From positions 1,488,001-1,552,000 of the forward strand of contig JAWMAR010000158.1 in the NCBI GenBank assembly GCA_036785375.1: DNA of 64,000 bases, in the 5' to 3' direction. The notes below the pieces were generated by a model. It was given only the letters and a program-made list of their open reading frames with translations. It did not search any database and had not been told where the DNA came from. The first letter of the stretch is position 1, and each line of letters starts with the position of its first letter. This document shows positions 1 through 12,508 of the stretch, piece by piece. This DNA is from Leucoraja ocellata. Taxonomy: Eukaryota. The translations under genes were made by a program, and so were the position numbers.

Positions 1-1015
1 TGGAAAAAAGCTGTTTTTATGTCTGACTGTGGCAGCTTTGACAGTCTGGAGTCATCTTCCAGAGGCAAGTGTTTCAATGAGTTTGTGGCCAGGGTGAGAG
101 GGGTCAGAGATCTTACCCACTCGCTTCCTGGCCCTTGCAGTGTACAGTTTGTCAATGGAAGGAACGTCGTCACAGCCAATAATCTTCTCAGCTGATTGGA
201 CGATTTGCTGCAGCCTCCGGATATGGTGCTTTGTGGCTGAGACAAACCAGACCATGATGGAGAAGGTGAGGACAGACTCAACGACGGCCGTATATAATTG
301 GACCATCATTGCTTGTGGCAGATTGTGCTTCCTCAGCTGCCGCAGGAAGAACATCCTCTGTTGTGCCTTTTTGACTGCGGAGTCGATGGTGGTCCTTCAT
401 TTAAGGTCCTTGGAGACGATAGTTCCCAAGAACTTAAAAGACTCCACAGATGTGACTGTGGTGTTGTTGATGGTGAGTGGGGTGAGGGGAAGGGGAGCTC
501 TCCTAAAGTCTACAATCAATTCCACTGTCTTAAGAGCATTGAGCTCCAGGATGTTGTGATGGCACCAGGACGCCAGCTGTGTCACTTCCTGTATGTAGGC
601 AGATTCCTCCCCATCTTGGATCAGTCCAATCAGGATTGTGTCATCCGCAACCGCAAACTTGAGAAGCTAGACAGAGATCTCTGTAGAGGTGCAGTTATTG
701 GTGTAGAGAGAGTAGGGGAGAGGGGAGAGTACGCTGCCTTGTGGTGCTTGTATGCTGAGGGTCTGCTGGTCCAAGATGTGCTTTCCCAGCCTCATATGCT
801 GCTTCCTGTCTGTGAGGAAGCTGGTGATCCACCGACACAGGGGTTCAGGCAGTCAACTCAAAAAGTTTGGAGTGTAGTAGCTCTGGCACAATGGTGTTGA
901 ATGCAGAGCTAAAATCAACAGACAAAATCCTCGCAAAGGTCCCCTGGTGGTCTAGGTGCTGGAGGATGAAGGGCTGGCCCAGGTTGACTGCATCATTCAC
1001 AGATCTATTGGCCCG
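1..1015 (-). mobile_element. Rex1/Babar-type non-LTR retrotransposon, degraded RT and C-terminal region (runs off window start)
   Basis: Minus-strand translation gives RT motifs VDFSSAFNTI (~895-925), APQGSVLSPLLYSLYT (~700-745) and FADD (~640-652). ORFs 397..585 (WCHHNILELNALKTVELIVDFRR...FKFLG) and 52..354 (FLRQLRK...DPSHPGH...SGR) match the Rex1-like C-terminus. Contains stops and frameshifts. Confidence 0.85.
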
Positions 1016-1019
1016 ATAA

Positions 1020-2040
1020 TTAAGACAAGTAATCCTTGCCTTTTTAGGTACAGGGACGGAGGAGGAGGCTACACCTTTAACTTGAAGAAAAAGAGTGGAT
1101 TCAAAAGAGACGCTGTTGGGAGTGAGGACAAGTTACGCCAGGTGTGGGAGAGTGTTAGAAGAGAGGAACTGATTGGTTCGCTGTTCAAGGAAGAAGGATG
1201 GAGGTGTAGAGGGACTGGATGTCCATGGTAATTATGAGGCAATGGGGCCCTAGGAATTGAAAGCTATTGAGGTGTCTCAGATGTTGGTCAGAAGGAATTG
1301 GACAAGGCTGTGGGGCAGGAGCCGCTGGAAACAATGGATCTTCCAGAGCAGTCTTGCTTGTGGATTTTCTGAAGGAGATGGAAGTAGGCAGTACAAGGCA
1401 CTATAAGGTTGGAGGCTGTGGGACAGAGAATATCAAAGGTATTGAGATTGGTAATGGTCTGAGAGATGACGGCCTGCTGTTCATCTGTAGGATCATGGTC
1501 AAGAGGTAGGTATGAAGAGGTTTCTGAGAGCTGGCACCTGGCCTCAGCACAATAGAGGACAGCCTGCCAGAGTACAATGGCACCTTCCTATCAGCAGGTC
1601 TTATAACAATATTTTGACTGTTACTGAGTGAGTGGAGGGCTGTTTCAGAGGGCGTGACATTGATGTGGGTAAGGAGAGTAGAGAAGTCAGGATGATAGAC
1701 GTTGCACCAGCAGTTCTAAATAAAAATGTCCAGAGAGGGTTGAAGGAGTGGGAATCCATGAAGAGAAGGAGTGTTGGAGATGGGAGAAGGGGTTTTCTCT
1801 GGGAGGCGAGGATTCTCTGCCAAAGAAAAAGGCCCAGAGGCTGAGGCGACGGAGGAATACCTCATCATGAAGGGCAGGAAACTCATTGAGGTGTGGGTGT
1901 AGGGGTGCAAAGAAAAGGCCTCTGCTTAGCATTGACTGTTCTGCAAAGGGAAAGGGGGAGATCGAGGGGATGGTGAAAACCCCACAGAAGGACTAGAGGT
2001 GGAAAAGAACAGGGGTTAAAGGGAAAAGAAGGAATGGGTA
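1020..2040 (-). mobile_element. Penelope-like element, degraded N-terminal RT region
   Basis: Reverse complement of ~1560-1650 reads SETALHSLSNSQNIVIRPADR/GAIVLW with a frameshift, matching the PLE motif 'I-K-P-A-D-K-G-G-A-V-V'. ORF 1687..1932 has LSRGLFFAPLHPHLNEF...FLRRL, typical of PLEs. Confidence 0.75.
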
Positions 2041-3249
2041 CGCATTTAAGTGGGGGCACAGGGAAAAGAGGGGAAAAAGGGAGGTTGGAAAATGGAGAGA
2101 GAATAAATATATATTTTTATATAGTCATGTTTCAATTACGTCTACCACACAAAATTACATCATGGTGAACTTAAATCTTTCCAGTTTCCTCGGTTTTGTT
2201 TGGAATTGTTGTACAGGCTGTATCATTTGTCATATTTATAAAAATCTTTTCTTCCCAATCAAACAGGTTACATTTATTCCTTACGTTGTTCAGATGTTTA
2301 CTCTCAATCCCCATTTTAATTTTCAGATGCATTTTCACAGTGTCATGTTGTCCATAACACATATAATCTAAAGATTCAAATTTCTACATCAGGCAAACAT
2401 GAAAAAAAAAAAATCATGTTTAAAACGCATTTAAATTCATATTCTAAAATCCTGCTTTATTTTGCTTTCTGATTTCAGTGGATTTGCAGTAAGAATAAAG
2501 GGTAATTTGCATTGATTGGCAGGACTCCATTTGTTTGCAAATATTTGCGTGTACTATGTAAGTGCTATATGACATGAATGACAATTTAAACATGCTTCAT
2601 TGGAATCTTTTGGTTGGAAATTCATCCCTGGTCACTGGCACTAAATGCACTGTATCAGTGCAGATCTGCGTCCTACTGCTTCTACTAATCTTAATGAAGA
2701 TAAATTTTAGAACGCAAACACAAAGTACAACCACCACTAATCTGCACATTCAACAACGGTGAAATGCGACAATTGCTAACCTTATCTTTCACAAAGTGCA
2801 ACCTGAAAACATTAATGATTTAGCTATTCAATGTCTCTTCTGCTGCTATCTTTCTGATCTTCCTCTGTGAACTTAATCGCACTATTTAAATTAATCTCAA
2901 GTCATCATGTTTTGCTCATGAGAACTTATCTGATATTCTTTGTACAATATAAGCAAAGCCGCCAAAGGCAACCTCGTACGGATTTATTTTCAAATGTTTC
3001 TTTTCTAGAGGCCTCGTCTTTAATCACAACAACCAATGATCTATCCATGTGCTGTCTGAGAGCCCACCTGATTCCTGTTGCAGAAATGTACCCAATGTAT
3101 GAATGAGCAATAAGTAGGTGAAGCAGATTGTCCATCCATCATAGATTATCTATCTCACCATCAATGGAAACCAAGTAAATCTATCTCACGATGCGGGATA
3201 GAATAGTCCAAAGTCATTTGTAAAATTACTTCATAATAACTACTTGTGT

Positions 3250-3410
3250 TCAAGTCAAGTCAAGTATATTTGTCACATACACATACGAGATGTGCAGTGA
3301 AATGAAAGTGGCAATGCTCGCGGACTTTTGTGCAAAAGACAAACAACAAAACGACCAAACAAATTATAAACACAATCATAACACACATATTATTTTACAT
3401 AATAAATAAT
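3250..3410 (-). mobile_element. LINE 3' tail fragment (Rex1-like 3'UTR)
   Basis: (CAAGT)3 microsatellite tail followed by 'atttgtcacatacac', similar in layout to the Rex1-type 3' ends at 19900-19940 and 58620-58650. Confidence 0.5.
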
Positions 3411-3758
3411 GGAATTGTTATTACCATCTCACAGATCTGCCATCACTATTATTTTGAATGGGACTGCTGAGCTATACTAAATGGTAGGTAGTTTTATACT
3501 TTGGTGCCACTGGCAATTGTTACTATAGTAGTTATTTAATGTGAAAAGGTTATTTAATGTTAACAAATCTTGCAACTCTGAGGGAAACTTCGTCAGTCTA
3601 ATTGGATTTGATTTGAAATTCCAGAAGTCAGTGGACAGGGCTCTAAGTCATTACACCATTCAGCTAGTCCCAATTACATTGGTAGGTTAAAACTGGATGT
3701 AGAAGGAGCTAATAGGAAACAGAGCCTATTGGAAGAAAGAGTACTGTGTTGCCTATGA

Positions 3759-4121
3759 CAGGTCTTCCACCGATTTTCCAGCAACTGGTGGTCTGGTCCC
3801 CACCTTTAATCTGGACAGAATCCCCAACCCCCGCACAGGCCCTCTTTGAAAATGTAGTTCCTAGGCCAGGTGAGGTAGCTGATCTCGACCTCATCGGGAT
3901 TTTCGCGCCAATCGGTGGGTCAAATTTGCCCTCTGTGGCCAGAGCTTTGGAACTACAGCCCGGCCAAAGCCAGCAGATTGGTTCCCATAGCCAACTTCCG
4001 CAGCTGACTTTGCAGGCTGGTATCTCAGCCCCCCAAGGCCATGACCTCTGTTGCTCTGGCAAAACGGATAATCCAGAAAGGCTCTAGAACCAAGAATTCT
4101 GGAAAATCGGCAGTGGACCAG
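3759..4121. mobile_element. MITE with imperfect terminal inverted repeats, Tc1/mariner (Tigger)-like
   Basis: Left CAGGTCttccaCCGATTTTCCAG (3759-3781) versus right CTGGAAAATCGGcagtgGACCaG (4099-4121), followed by TA. No coding capacity. Confidence 0.6.
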
Positions 4122-5182
4122 TACATCCAGTGCACGACAACAATCTGCTTTAGTATTACTGTCCTCTTGTCAGAGGTGAACAATAGCAGATTAATGTTGA
4201 GAAGAATCAACAAAATGTATATGCAAGAACAGGGAGATCTAAACGCTTGCCTGGATTATCTGCCCTATTTAATTACCTAAATACAAATATGCCTTAGCTT
4301 GAATCATGCTCTGCTTTTGCCTAAAATGTAGTAGTGTAGCACAGAAATTAAATCATAAATTGGCCGTCAATATATATATAAGGAAAAAAATGTGATTCTA
4401 CAGTCATGAAAATTAAAAGACAAACACAGATGCTGGAATTCTGAAATACAAATTGAAAATGCTGGAAATGTTCACCTTTTGCGGAAATAGAAACAGCTCA
4501 TGTGTCAGGTGTGCGACTCTTTGTCAGATTTATTTCAGATTCCTTTTGAGTTCAGATTTCTCACATCTGCATGTTTTCAGATTTTTGTCACTCAATGGGA
4601 TTTGACTCGTCACAAATGATAAGAATATTCAAATCTGTAAAATGCAGTAATCACGGACTTAATAAATGAAAACAAATAAGATACTCACAATTGAGTATCC
4701 CAATCACAAAAGAGGGACCCAGCGTGGCGGGGTGTCGTCGAGAACAAAGAGGGACCATCTGAACTCTAATGAAACCTGTGTAACTTTGTCAACGCCAGAG
4801 ACGTGGTGATTCTTTGCGTACTTTGTGTATTGTATGCAAAAGCACTATGTACATATGACAATAAAGTATAATTGAATCAGTGAATTGAATGTACCCGTTC
4901 TGGACAAATAGAGATGGCTGAAGTAATGTATCCTTTGAATGAGCTGCACAAGACTGGGTGTTCTGAGGTTTATCCCGCCAGCTCAGATTTGGGCTTGAAG
5001 AGACGCTGCTGACGGTCTCTGGATTACCCTGGCAGCTCAGCCTTTTCATCTGTGAGTGGGCACAGTCTCTCGGAAGAGGCACTGGCACCTCAGGCTTGCC
5101 TCGGCCACTTTGTCAGCTTCAGTAGAGGTGCTGACTGTCTTGGGCTTCTATCCAGCAGCTTATTCGACCACATGGTGACACC

Positions 5183-5270
5183 TCCTTCTGCTCCCCCTTC
5201 TCCTCCTCCTTTTTCTTCCCCCCTTCTCCTCCCCCTTCTCCTCCCTTTTCTCCTCCCCCTTCTCCTCTCT
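5183..5270. repeat. Polypyrimidine low-complexity tandem repeat (CTCCCCCCTTCT-like units)
   Basis: Almost purely C/T tract of about 88 bp with a ~12-bp period. Confidence 0.85.
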
Positions 5271-5420
5271 GGCTAGAATGCCTGGGTTGACAAGGTTCAG
5301 GCGGCCAATCTAATATCAGCTGATTGAACATTACCAAAGATGCTGGGTTTGGCCTCTCATGGTCAGTCAGCCAGTGATAGGGATCAGAGTGGCATCTAAG
5401 GAGGAGGGCGCTATCACACT

Positions 5421-5644
5421 TCTCCCAATTTTGTTATTCCTTGCTGTCTCCTCCCCTTCCTCAGTCCCCCTGCTGTCTCCTCCCATCCCCCAGCCTTCGG
5501 GCTCCTCCTCCTTTTTCCTTTCTTGTCCCCGACCCCCCGCCCCCGATCAGTCTGAAGAAGGGTTTCGGCCCGATACGTTGCCTATTTCCTTCGCTCCATA
5601 GATGCTGCTGCACCCGCTGAGTTTCTCCAGCTTTTTTGTGTACC
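5421..5644 (+). mobile_element. Short Penelope-derived (pseudo-LTR) insert with 14-bp TSD
   Basis: GGCGCTATCACACT occurs at both 5407-5420 and 5645-5658. The body matches the PLE terminal repeat that follows the GIY-YIG C-terminus at 30260-30480 and contains a hammerhead-like motif at 5552-5580. Confidence 0.8.
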
Positions 5645-5679
5645 GGCGCTATCACACTACCTGTCCACAGCCACATTTG

Positions 5680-5772
5680 GATAGCAGTAACAGGATCAGA
5701 CCAAGTCAGCATGGATTTACGATGGGGAAATCAGGCTTGATTAATCTTCCGGAATTTTTTGAGGATGTAATA
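5680..5772 (+). mobile_element. CR1 RT internal fragment
   Basis: Translates LDSSNRIRPSQHGFTMGKSGLINLPEFFEDV, homologous to the CR1 copies at ~17100 and ~33450. Confidence 0.75.
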
Positions 5773-6428
5773 GCTGATTCTCACGTTGCGAGTTGACACA
5801 AGAGGTAACCCGAGTTAAGACTCGTGGTAATAACGTACGATAATGTACGGAAATCGTGGACGCAACTTAGAGATTTGTGGCGCTAACGGCAGGTAATCGT
5901 GTAACTTGTCGACTCTTGCAAAAAAATCAAACATGTTTGAAATTTCCACGAGTCAATTTTACTCTTGGGGTTAAGAATTTAAACATTTTAACTCGCTGTA
6001 ATAAACTTAGTGGCCCGTGCGTTTACCTTACTGTATCGTGAGTCTACCGTGGAACTCTTTAACTCAGCGGGCAGGCAGCAGCAGGTTTTGGATCCCTTCA
6101 GTTTCCCAGCGACAATCACCTGCCGTAACGCGAGAGAGATCATGCACTGTTGTAGGTCTCCTTTGCACGTCGGTGTTTCTGTTTTTCTCCACTCATTGTT
6201 GGCCCTATCTGTCACCACCCCCACCTACACCCCTCTGCTTCCTGGCCATGTATGTGACCCCTTCCCTCCCTTCTCCAGCTCCCCGCCCATTGCACCGGCG
6301 CAGGGGCTTTGCACTGTCTTCATGTCGGCGATGCCAACAGGTCGATGCCAGTCGCCCCGGGGAAGTCGCTCCCTTCAGTTTCCCAGGGGGTCGGGACAGG
6401 GCTGTAGTTGGGAGGGAAAGGTGGTGGT

Positions 6429-6461
<33 letters not shown>
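6429..6461. repeat. Poly-G homopolymer (33 nt)
   Basis: Read directly from the sequence. Confidence 0.95.
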
Positions 6462-6463
<2 letters not shown>

Positions 6464-6677
6464 GGTGGGTTAGGTGAGCAGGAGAGTGGGGTTGATTGCA
6501 GTTGCAGAGGGAGGGGGCAAGGGCGGTACAGTTCCCAGTCTCAGCTCCTATCCAGGGGGGGTGGCCGGAGACATCAGGACCAATGGGACACCGACCCCCA
6601 GGCCCACCAGGCCCACTGCAAGCACAGAGATCCCAGAGCCAACAGCAACTCCAGCCCAGCCCCGCTCCAAATGGTCC

Positions 6678-7250
6678 ACTAATTTGAGGAAGGACATTCT
6701 TGCTATTGAGGGAGTGCAGCGTAGGTTTACAAGGTTAATTCCCGGGAGTGCAGCAAAGGTTTACAAGGTTAATTCCCGGGATGGCAGGACTGTCATATGC
6801 TGAGAGAATGGAGCAGCTGAGCTTGTACACTCTGGAGTTTAAAAGAATAAGAGGGGATCTTATTGAAACATATAAGATTGTTAAGGGTTTGCACACACTA
6901 GAGGCAGGAAACGTGTTCCCGATGTTGGCGGAGTCTAGAACCAAGGGCCACAGTTTAAGAATAATCGGTAAGCCATTTAGAACGGAGACGAGGAAACACT
7001 TTTTCTCACAGAGTGTTGTGAGTCTGTGGAATTCTCTGCCTCAGAAGGCGGTGGAAGCCAGTTCTCTGGATACTTTCAAGAGAGAGCTAGATAGGGCTCT
7101 TAAAGTCAGGGAGTCAGGGGATATGGGGAGAAGGCAGGAACGGGGTACTGATCAGGGATGATCAGCCATGATCACATTGAATGGTGGTGCTGGCTCGAAG
7201 GGCCGAATGGCCTACTCCTGCATCTATTGTCTATTGTCTATTGTCTATTG
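6678..7250 (+). mobile_element. CR1/HER1 LINE 3' end with 34-bp internal tandem duplication
   Basis: [22 protein letters not shown]...LRIIGKPFRTETRKHFFSQSVVSLWNSLP; 3'UTR 'gaagggccgaatggcctactcctgc'; (CTATTGT)n tail; duplication 6710-6743/6744-6777. Confidence 0.9.
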
Positions 7251-7294
7251 TCACAGAAAAATTTGGTTTCACCTTAACTCATGATCTTCTTGGG

Positions 7295-8085
7295 AGCTTA
7301 CAGCCATCGTCATTTAGCATGGAAACAGGCCACTGTCTGTCTGTTTTGCTTGTTATTGGCCCATGTTCCTCTCAATCATTCTAATCCATGAACCTGCCCA
7401 TCCATGTGTCTTTTTAAATACTGTTTTAGTGCCTGCCTTGAATACCTTCTCTGGCAGCTCATTCTATATACCCACAAGCCCCGAGTGAAAATATGGCCCC
7501 TCAGGTTCCTATTAAATTTTTTCCATCTTACCTTAAATTTATAACCTCTGGTTCTTGATTACCCTAGTCATAGAAAAATAGAAAATAGGTGTAGGAGTAG
7601 GCCATTTGGCCTTTTGTGCCAGCACCACCATTCTATATGATCATGGCTGATCGTCCAAAATCATTACCCCGTTCCTGCTTTTTCCCCATATCCCTTGATT
7701 CTATTACCCCAAAGTGTTAAATCTAACTCTCTCTTGAAAACACCCAGTGAATTAGCCACTCTGGGTAAAAATACTGTGCATTCACTTTATCTATCTATTC
7801 TCCTCATGATTTTATAAATCTTTAAAAAAGCCTCCTGTGCTGAAAGGAATATAGTTCTAGCTTGCCCAACCTCTCCCTATTATTAAAGCTCTAGATTCCA
7901 GGCAACATCCTTGTAAATCTTCTCTGCACTTTTTCCAGCTTAATGGCCTATTTCCTTTAGAAGGGTGCACAAAAGTGAACACAAAACCCGAAGTGCAGCC
8001 TCACCAACGCCTTGTTCATTTGTAACATCACGTCCCAACTTCTATACTTTATTCTTGACTGATGAAGCACAGCACACCAAAAGTC
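7295..8085 (-). mobile_element. Older CR1 3' fragment interrupted by a younger CR1 3' end (7568-7757)
   Basis: ORF 7957..8151 has IKYRSWDVMLQMNKALVRLHFGFCVHFCAP. The younger tail 'catagaaaaatagaaaataggtgtaggagtaggccatt' starts at 7569. Confidence 0.7.
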
Positions 8086-8345
8086 TTCTTCACTAAGGAT
8101 TTTAAAGCTGGGGCGTGTTATTAGCTGAATTATATACCAACTCACTAGCACATTTAAGGTTTTGAGATCTGTCTTGGCCTTTGTGATTTATTCAATATAT
8201 TTGCGTAAGATTAATATTTTAGAGGTAATCATTTTGCAAAGTTGGTGGCTTGAATCATTGTTCCTGATTTATGTTACATGCCAATGTTTATAATCATTGT
8301 ACCTATACCCATTTGATTCTGTTTTTTATTTCACAGCACTCTGCC

Positions 8346-9388
8346 TAGCAATGTTACAAAATATTGAGATTTTAAAAATCAAGTCTTTAATTTATCCCAT
8401 CAGATAAAGCATGAAAATAAATTTAATTTGACACCTAATTCATTTTCATATCTTCAGTATTAAACAAGTTATGGCCATTTTCATACTTGGAAATTGGCAT
8501 CTTGTTCATTGACTTAACACAAAGCTGTGATCGAGAACATTTAAAGGCCGATAACTTCCTTAAAATTTAAGAGAACTGAAATAAATTTTCAGTTATTGTA
8601 GATTGAAGCATTCTGAAACAAATATGAAACAATCTTACGTAGATTACTTGAAATTAAAGCATATAATTAGTTAGTTACCTAATTGTAGCTAATTACAACA
8701 TTCAATTACTAGATCTAAACATCTATCCATTTCTTAAGAATAGATTAACATTTTTAAATAGCCTAAGTGTCCAAATAACATTCACACGAGAATTCAGAAT
8801 ATAACATAATTTTTAAATCTCATTGTCATGGGTTTATAGGCCAAATGGAAGGAATTTAATGTTTAATACCTGTAAATTAACAGCCATTTAAATCAACTTG
8901 CGAGTGGGATTTCTGGAACGGGACCATTTAGAACGTTGAGGTTGCGGTGAATTTATACCCCCATATCTGCAACAATACACGGCCGGTTCTTCGGGGGGGG
9001 AAATTCACCGTTTCGCAACTTAAAATGTGAATTAAATACATCTTAAGAAACATTTTTATACATAAAAATAAACTACTTTCTATTACCTGGTCCTCCATAA
9101 AACCGGACCGAGTTGTCGGCATTGACGGCCTTCAGAAGCTGCTTTTAAAATCATTCCAGCGATTAACTTGTCGGGTGAATTTTTTTAAAAAACACACAGA
9201 ACGGCCGTAGGAACGATTCTTTAGCAAAATCTTGCACTCCGAAAAAATATAATTCAGGACCAGGTCGGGAAAACACCCCGTTTTAACCCCCCCCCCCCCC
9301 CCCCCCCCCCCCAAACATGCCAAAATCGCTCACATTGGCCTGTGCCAGAATTACAGCGCCGCTGGAGGTAAGTTTTGTAACATACCTA
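8346..9388. mobile_element. Non-autonomous DNA transposon (~1.04 kb) with 16-bp TIRs and 7-bp TSD, hAT-like termini
   Basis: Left TAGCAATGTTACAAAA (8346-8361) versus right TTTTGTAACATACCTA (9373-9388), 14/16 inverted match. CTCTGCC flanks both ends (8339-8345, 9389-9395). Confidence 0.8.
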
Positions 9389-9395
9389 CTCTGCC

Positions 9396-9850
9396 ATATG
9401 ATTAAATAATGGATCGACTGGGCTTGCATTCACTGGAATTTAGGATGAGAGGGGATCTTATAGAAACATATAAAATTCTTAAAAGATTGGACAGGCGAGA
9501 GGCAGAAAAAATGTTCCTGATGTTGGGGAGTCCAGAACCAGGGATCCCAGTTTAAGAATAAGGGTAGGCCATTTAGGATTGAGATGAGGAAAAACCTCTT
9601 CACTCAGAGAGTTATGAATCTGTAGAATTCTCTGCAACAGAAGGCAGTGGAGGTCAATTCATTGGATGTTTTCAAGAGAGTTAGATTTAGCTCTTTGGGC
9701 TGAAGGAATCAAGGGATTTCAGGAAAAATTAGGAAAGGGGGTACTGATTTTAGATAATCAGTCATGATCATATTGAATGGCGGCGCTAGCTCGAAAGGAC
9801 GAATGGCCTACTCCTGCACCTATTTTCCTATGTTTCTAAGTTTCTATGCT
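9396..9850 (+). mobile_element. CR1/HER1 LINE 3' fragment
   Basis: 'gggcttgcattcactggaatttaggatgagaggggatcttatagaaacatataaa' through 'gaatggcctactcctgcacctattttcctatgtttcta'. Confidence 0.88.
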
Positions 9851-10479
9851 GGACCTGTCATCAGATACTAAATTTGTTTTTTACCTGAGAGCACTGCACT
9901 AAATAGATAACTCAGTCTAATATTCTGGGTTCATTTTCTCACACCAAGTATTCATCAAGTTCATTATATCACATTTACAAAGGGAAAATCCATGTTAGTG
10001 ATACGTAAGGTCATAAAAGCTAATCAGCAAGCATAACTCAAAACACCTGACCTCAATTTTGTCTGCTGAGACTATTGTCAAATCCCTGATCAGTACTGAC
10101 AAGGGAAAACCATTCAGATAAGTCAATAACATAAGTCAGATCAATAGACTGAAAACTCTCTCATGTCATCAGTGACCTTGGCCAATTATGTGGCATCTAA
10201 TGTGACGTGGTGTGTCTGAAGGTGGTGAAAAACATATTTTGAAATGGAGAAATACTTACAGGTGACTGATAGAATTGAACAGTATTCTCTGTGAGAAGTG
10301 AAAAACATTGAAGGCCTTTGACACATCAGTCACTAAATGTTCAGTCAGGGAAATAAAATAGCAATAAGTCCTAGGGGAATGTGGGTGTCACAATATCCTG
10401 CCTTACAGGAGCTTAAATTAAGAGATCAAACTATATTTCAGGGAAGCATAAAAGTAGAGTAAAAAAATCAAAAATTAGC

Positions 10480-10705
10480 TGGAAGTCATGTGTGTGGCTT
10501 TGTGAAACTTTGATGAGGTGGCATTTGGCCTATTGTGTGCAGATCTGGTCATCCCATTACAGGAAAGATGTTGAGGCTTTGGACAGAGTGCAGAAAACAT
10601 TTATGATGCTGCTTGGATTAGAGGCCATTAGTAATAAGGAGCCGTTGGACAAACATGCAATGTTTTCTCTGGTGTGTCAGAAACTGAAGGGAATTCTGAT
10701 AAAAA
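10480..10705 (+). mobile_element. Degraded CR1 fragment
   Basis: ORF 10492..10731 has HLAYCVQIWSSHYRKDVEALDRVQKTF. Confidence 0.7.
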
Positions 10706-12084
10706 GTGGTATTCAAGAAAATGTTGCATAGTCTTTGAATGAGACCTTGTTACATTATTGTTAAGTAGTCTATTTGCCAGTGAAACTATTACTTTTAACA
10801 TACTCTCTCCAACCTTTATATAAACATATGAAACCCCTATCACTGTCGTCCCTTCCATCCTCCAAATATAACAAAGAACAATACAGCACAGGAATAGGCT
10901 CTTTATCCCACGATGCCTGTGCTGAAAATAATACCTTTTGTCTGCAAGCGATCCATATCTTTTTTTCCTGCATTTTAAATATTTGTGCTGTCTTACTTCT
11001 GGTGCCCTGTTCATTCCCAAATGTAATCACTCCACAGAATGGGCAGCAATTCTTTCAACTCCATTATCAAATTCCCTTTCTTCAGCTGGTCTCATACTCT
11101 TCAGACACATTCTAAATTGTTCATATGACCCAGCTTTTGCCCATCTGGATAAATATTTCCTTATGTTGTCTCAGTGACACACTCAGTTTGATAGCTCTCC
11201 CGTAGAGAGCCATTAATTTTTACTTTAAACTTCGGAGTCACTAAATGACCACAAGTTGTTGATGCCATGATCATTATCTTTGACATCACATCATTATATT
11301 TTGCTCCTTCTCTGGACAGGAGCAGAATAAATGTCACTGTGATATTTGCTGAGTCAAGTAATTGGAAGGGCTTCAGATATTTCCAACCTTCTTTTACCGC
11401 GATATAATCACGATATTTGTGCTATGACTAATAATGGCCTCAAATCTGAAACTCCTGTAAATGATCAAGTACACACTTACATTTAAGCAGAATCAAAATA
11501 ACTTCATTTGATAGAGAATTGAGGAATGACTTTTGACACCAGCATTTGGAAATATTTGCTCTAACAGTGGATTTATTAATCACTCCATATTGGTTGAAGA
11601 ATATCAGTGCAGTTTGTCATGTAATACCTCACTAGGAACAGTTTAGGGACGATTTTCCTGTTTGCTCCAAGTGAAGGTTCCCCCCTTCGAGAGGGAACAA
11701 CAATGCAGGTCAAGAGCTAGAAGAGAGAGGAGGAATTGGAGAAGAAGTGCTACATGCAGGAAGACATATCCAAACAATCTCTTCAGAGAGCAATTCCCAA
11801 CTTTGTTTAGAACCTACTTTTGAAAATATGTGACCATTCTACCACACAATTCAAATCTCTGAAAATTATGACTTTTATGGTTGAAGGTAAAGATATTGCA
11901 ATCTCAGTTTATCCTCAATGTTCCATCAGGAAAGTCACAGGCAAATTACTTTCCAAAAGAGCTGAATGAATTTCATTCTCCTCCTGGACAATGGTGCATG
12001 GATTCAACATTTAGCTTTGCAGTGATTCTGGATTCTCAGTGAAGAGTAATTTTGACAGCATTCACATTGTTTTGGAGACACTCA

Positions 12085-12508
12085 TATATCAATGATTTGA
12101 TGAGAACATACATGGCAAGCTTAGCAAGTTTGCAGATGATACTAAAGTGCATGGTTTTACAAATAGTGAAGATGGTTTTAAGAAAATTGCAGCAGGATCT
12201 TGATCAATTGGCCAGGTGGGCTGAGGAATGGTTGATGGAAATTAATACAGAGAAATGTGAGGTGTTGCATTTTGGGAAGTCTAACATGGACAGGATCTAC
12301 ACAAGGAATGGTAGGATTCTGGGGAGTGTTGTAGAGCAGAGGGATCTAGGAGTGGCAGATAGATCAGGTGATCAAGGGGGTATGGAGAGAAGGCAGGTAC
12401 GGGATACTGAGTTGGACGATCAGCCATGATCATATTGAATGGCAGTGCAGGCTCGAAGGGCCGAATGGCCTACTCCTGCACCTAATTTCTATGTTTCTAT
12501 GTTTCTAT
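12085..12508 (+). mobile_element. CR1 RT fragment joined to a CR1 3'UTR
   Basis: YINDL, 'agcaagtttgcagatgat' (SKFADD) and LQQDLDQLARWAEEWLMEINTEKCEVLHFG, then a jump to the 3'UTR and (GTTTCTAT)n tail. Confidence 0.82.

Noticed and set aside
140-900. Plus-strand ORFs 140..559 and 298..900
   Set aside because: They are antisense shadows of the Rex1 RT on the minus strand. The same applies to 33454..33972, 16624..17034 and 59076..59420.
6010-6803. Gly/Pro-rich ORFs, including a collagen-like PPGPPGP stretch
   Set aside because: They arise from GC-rich repeat sequence and a poly-G run; the Gly-X-Y pattern lasts only a few triplets.
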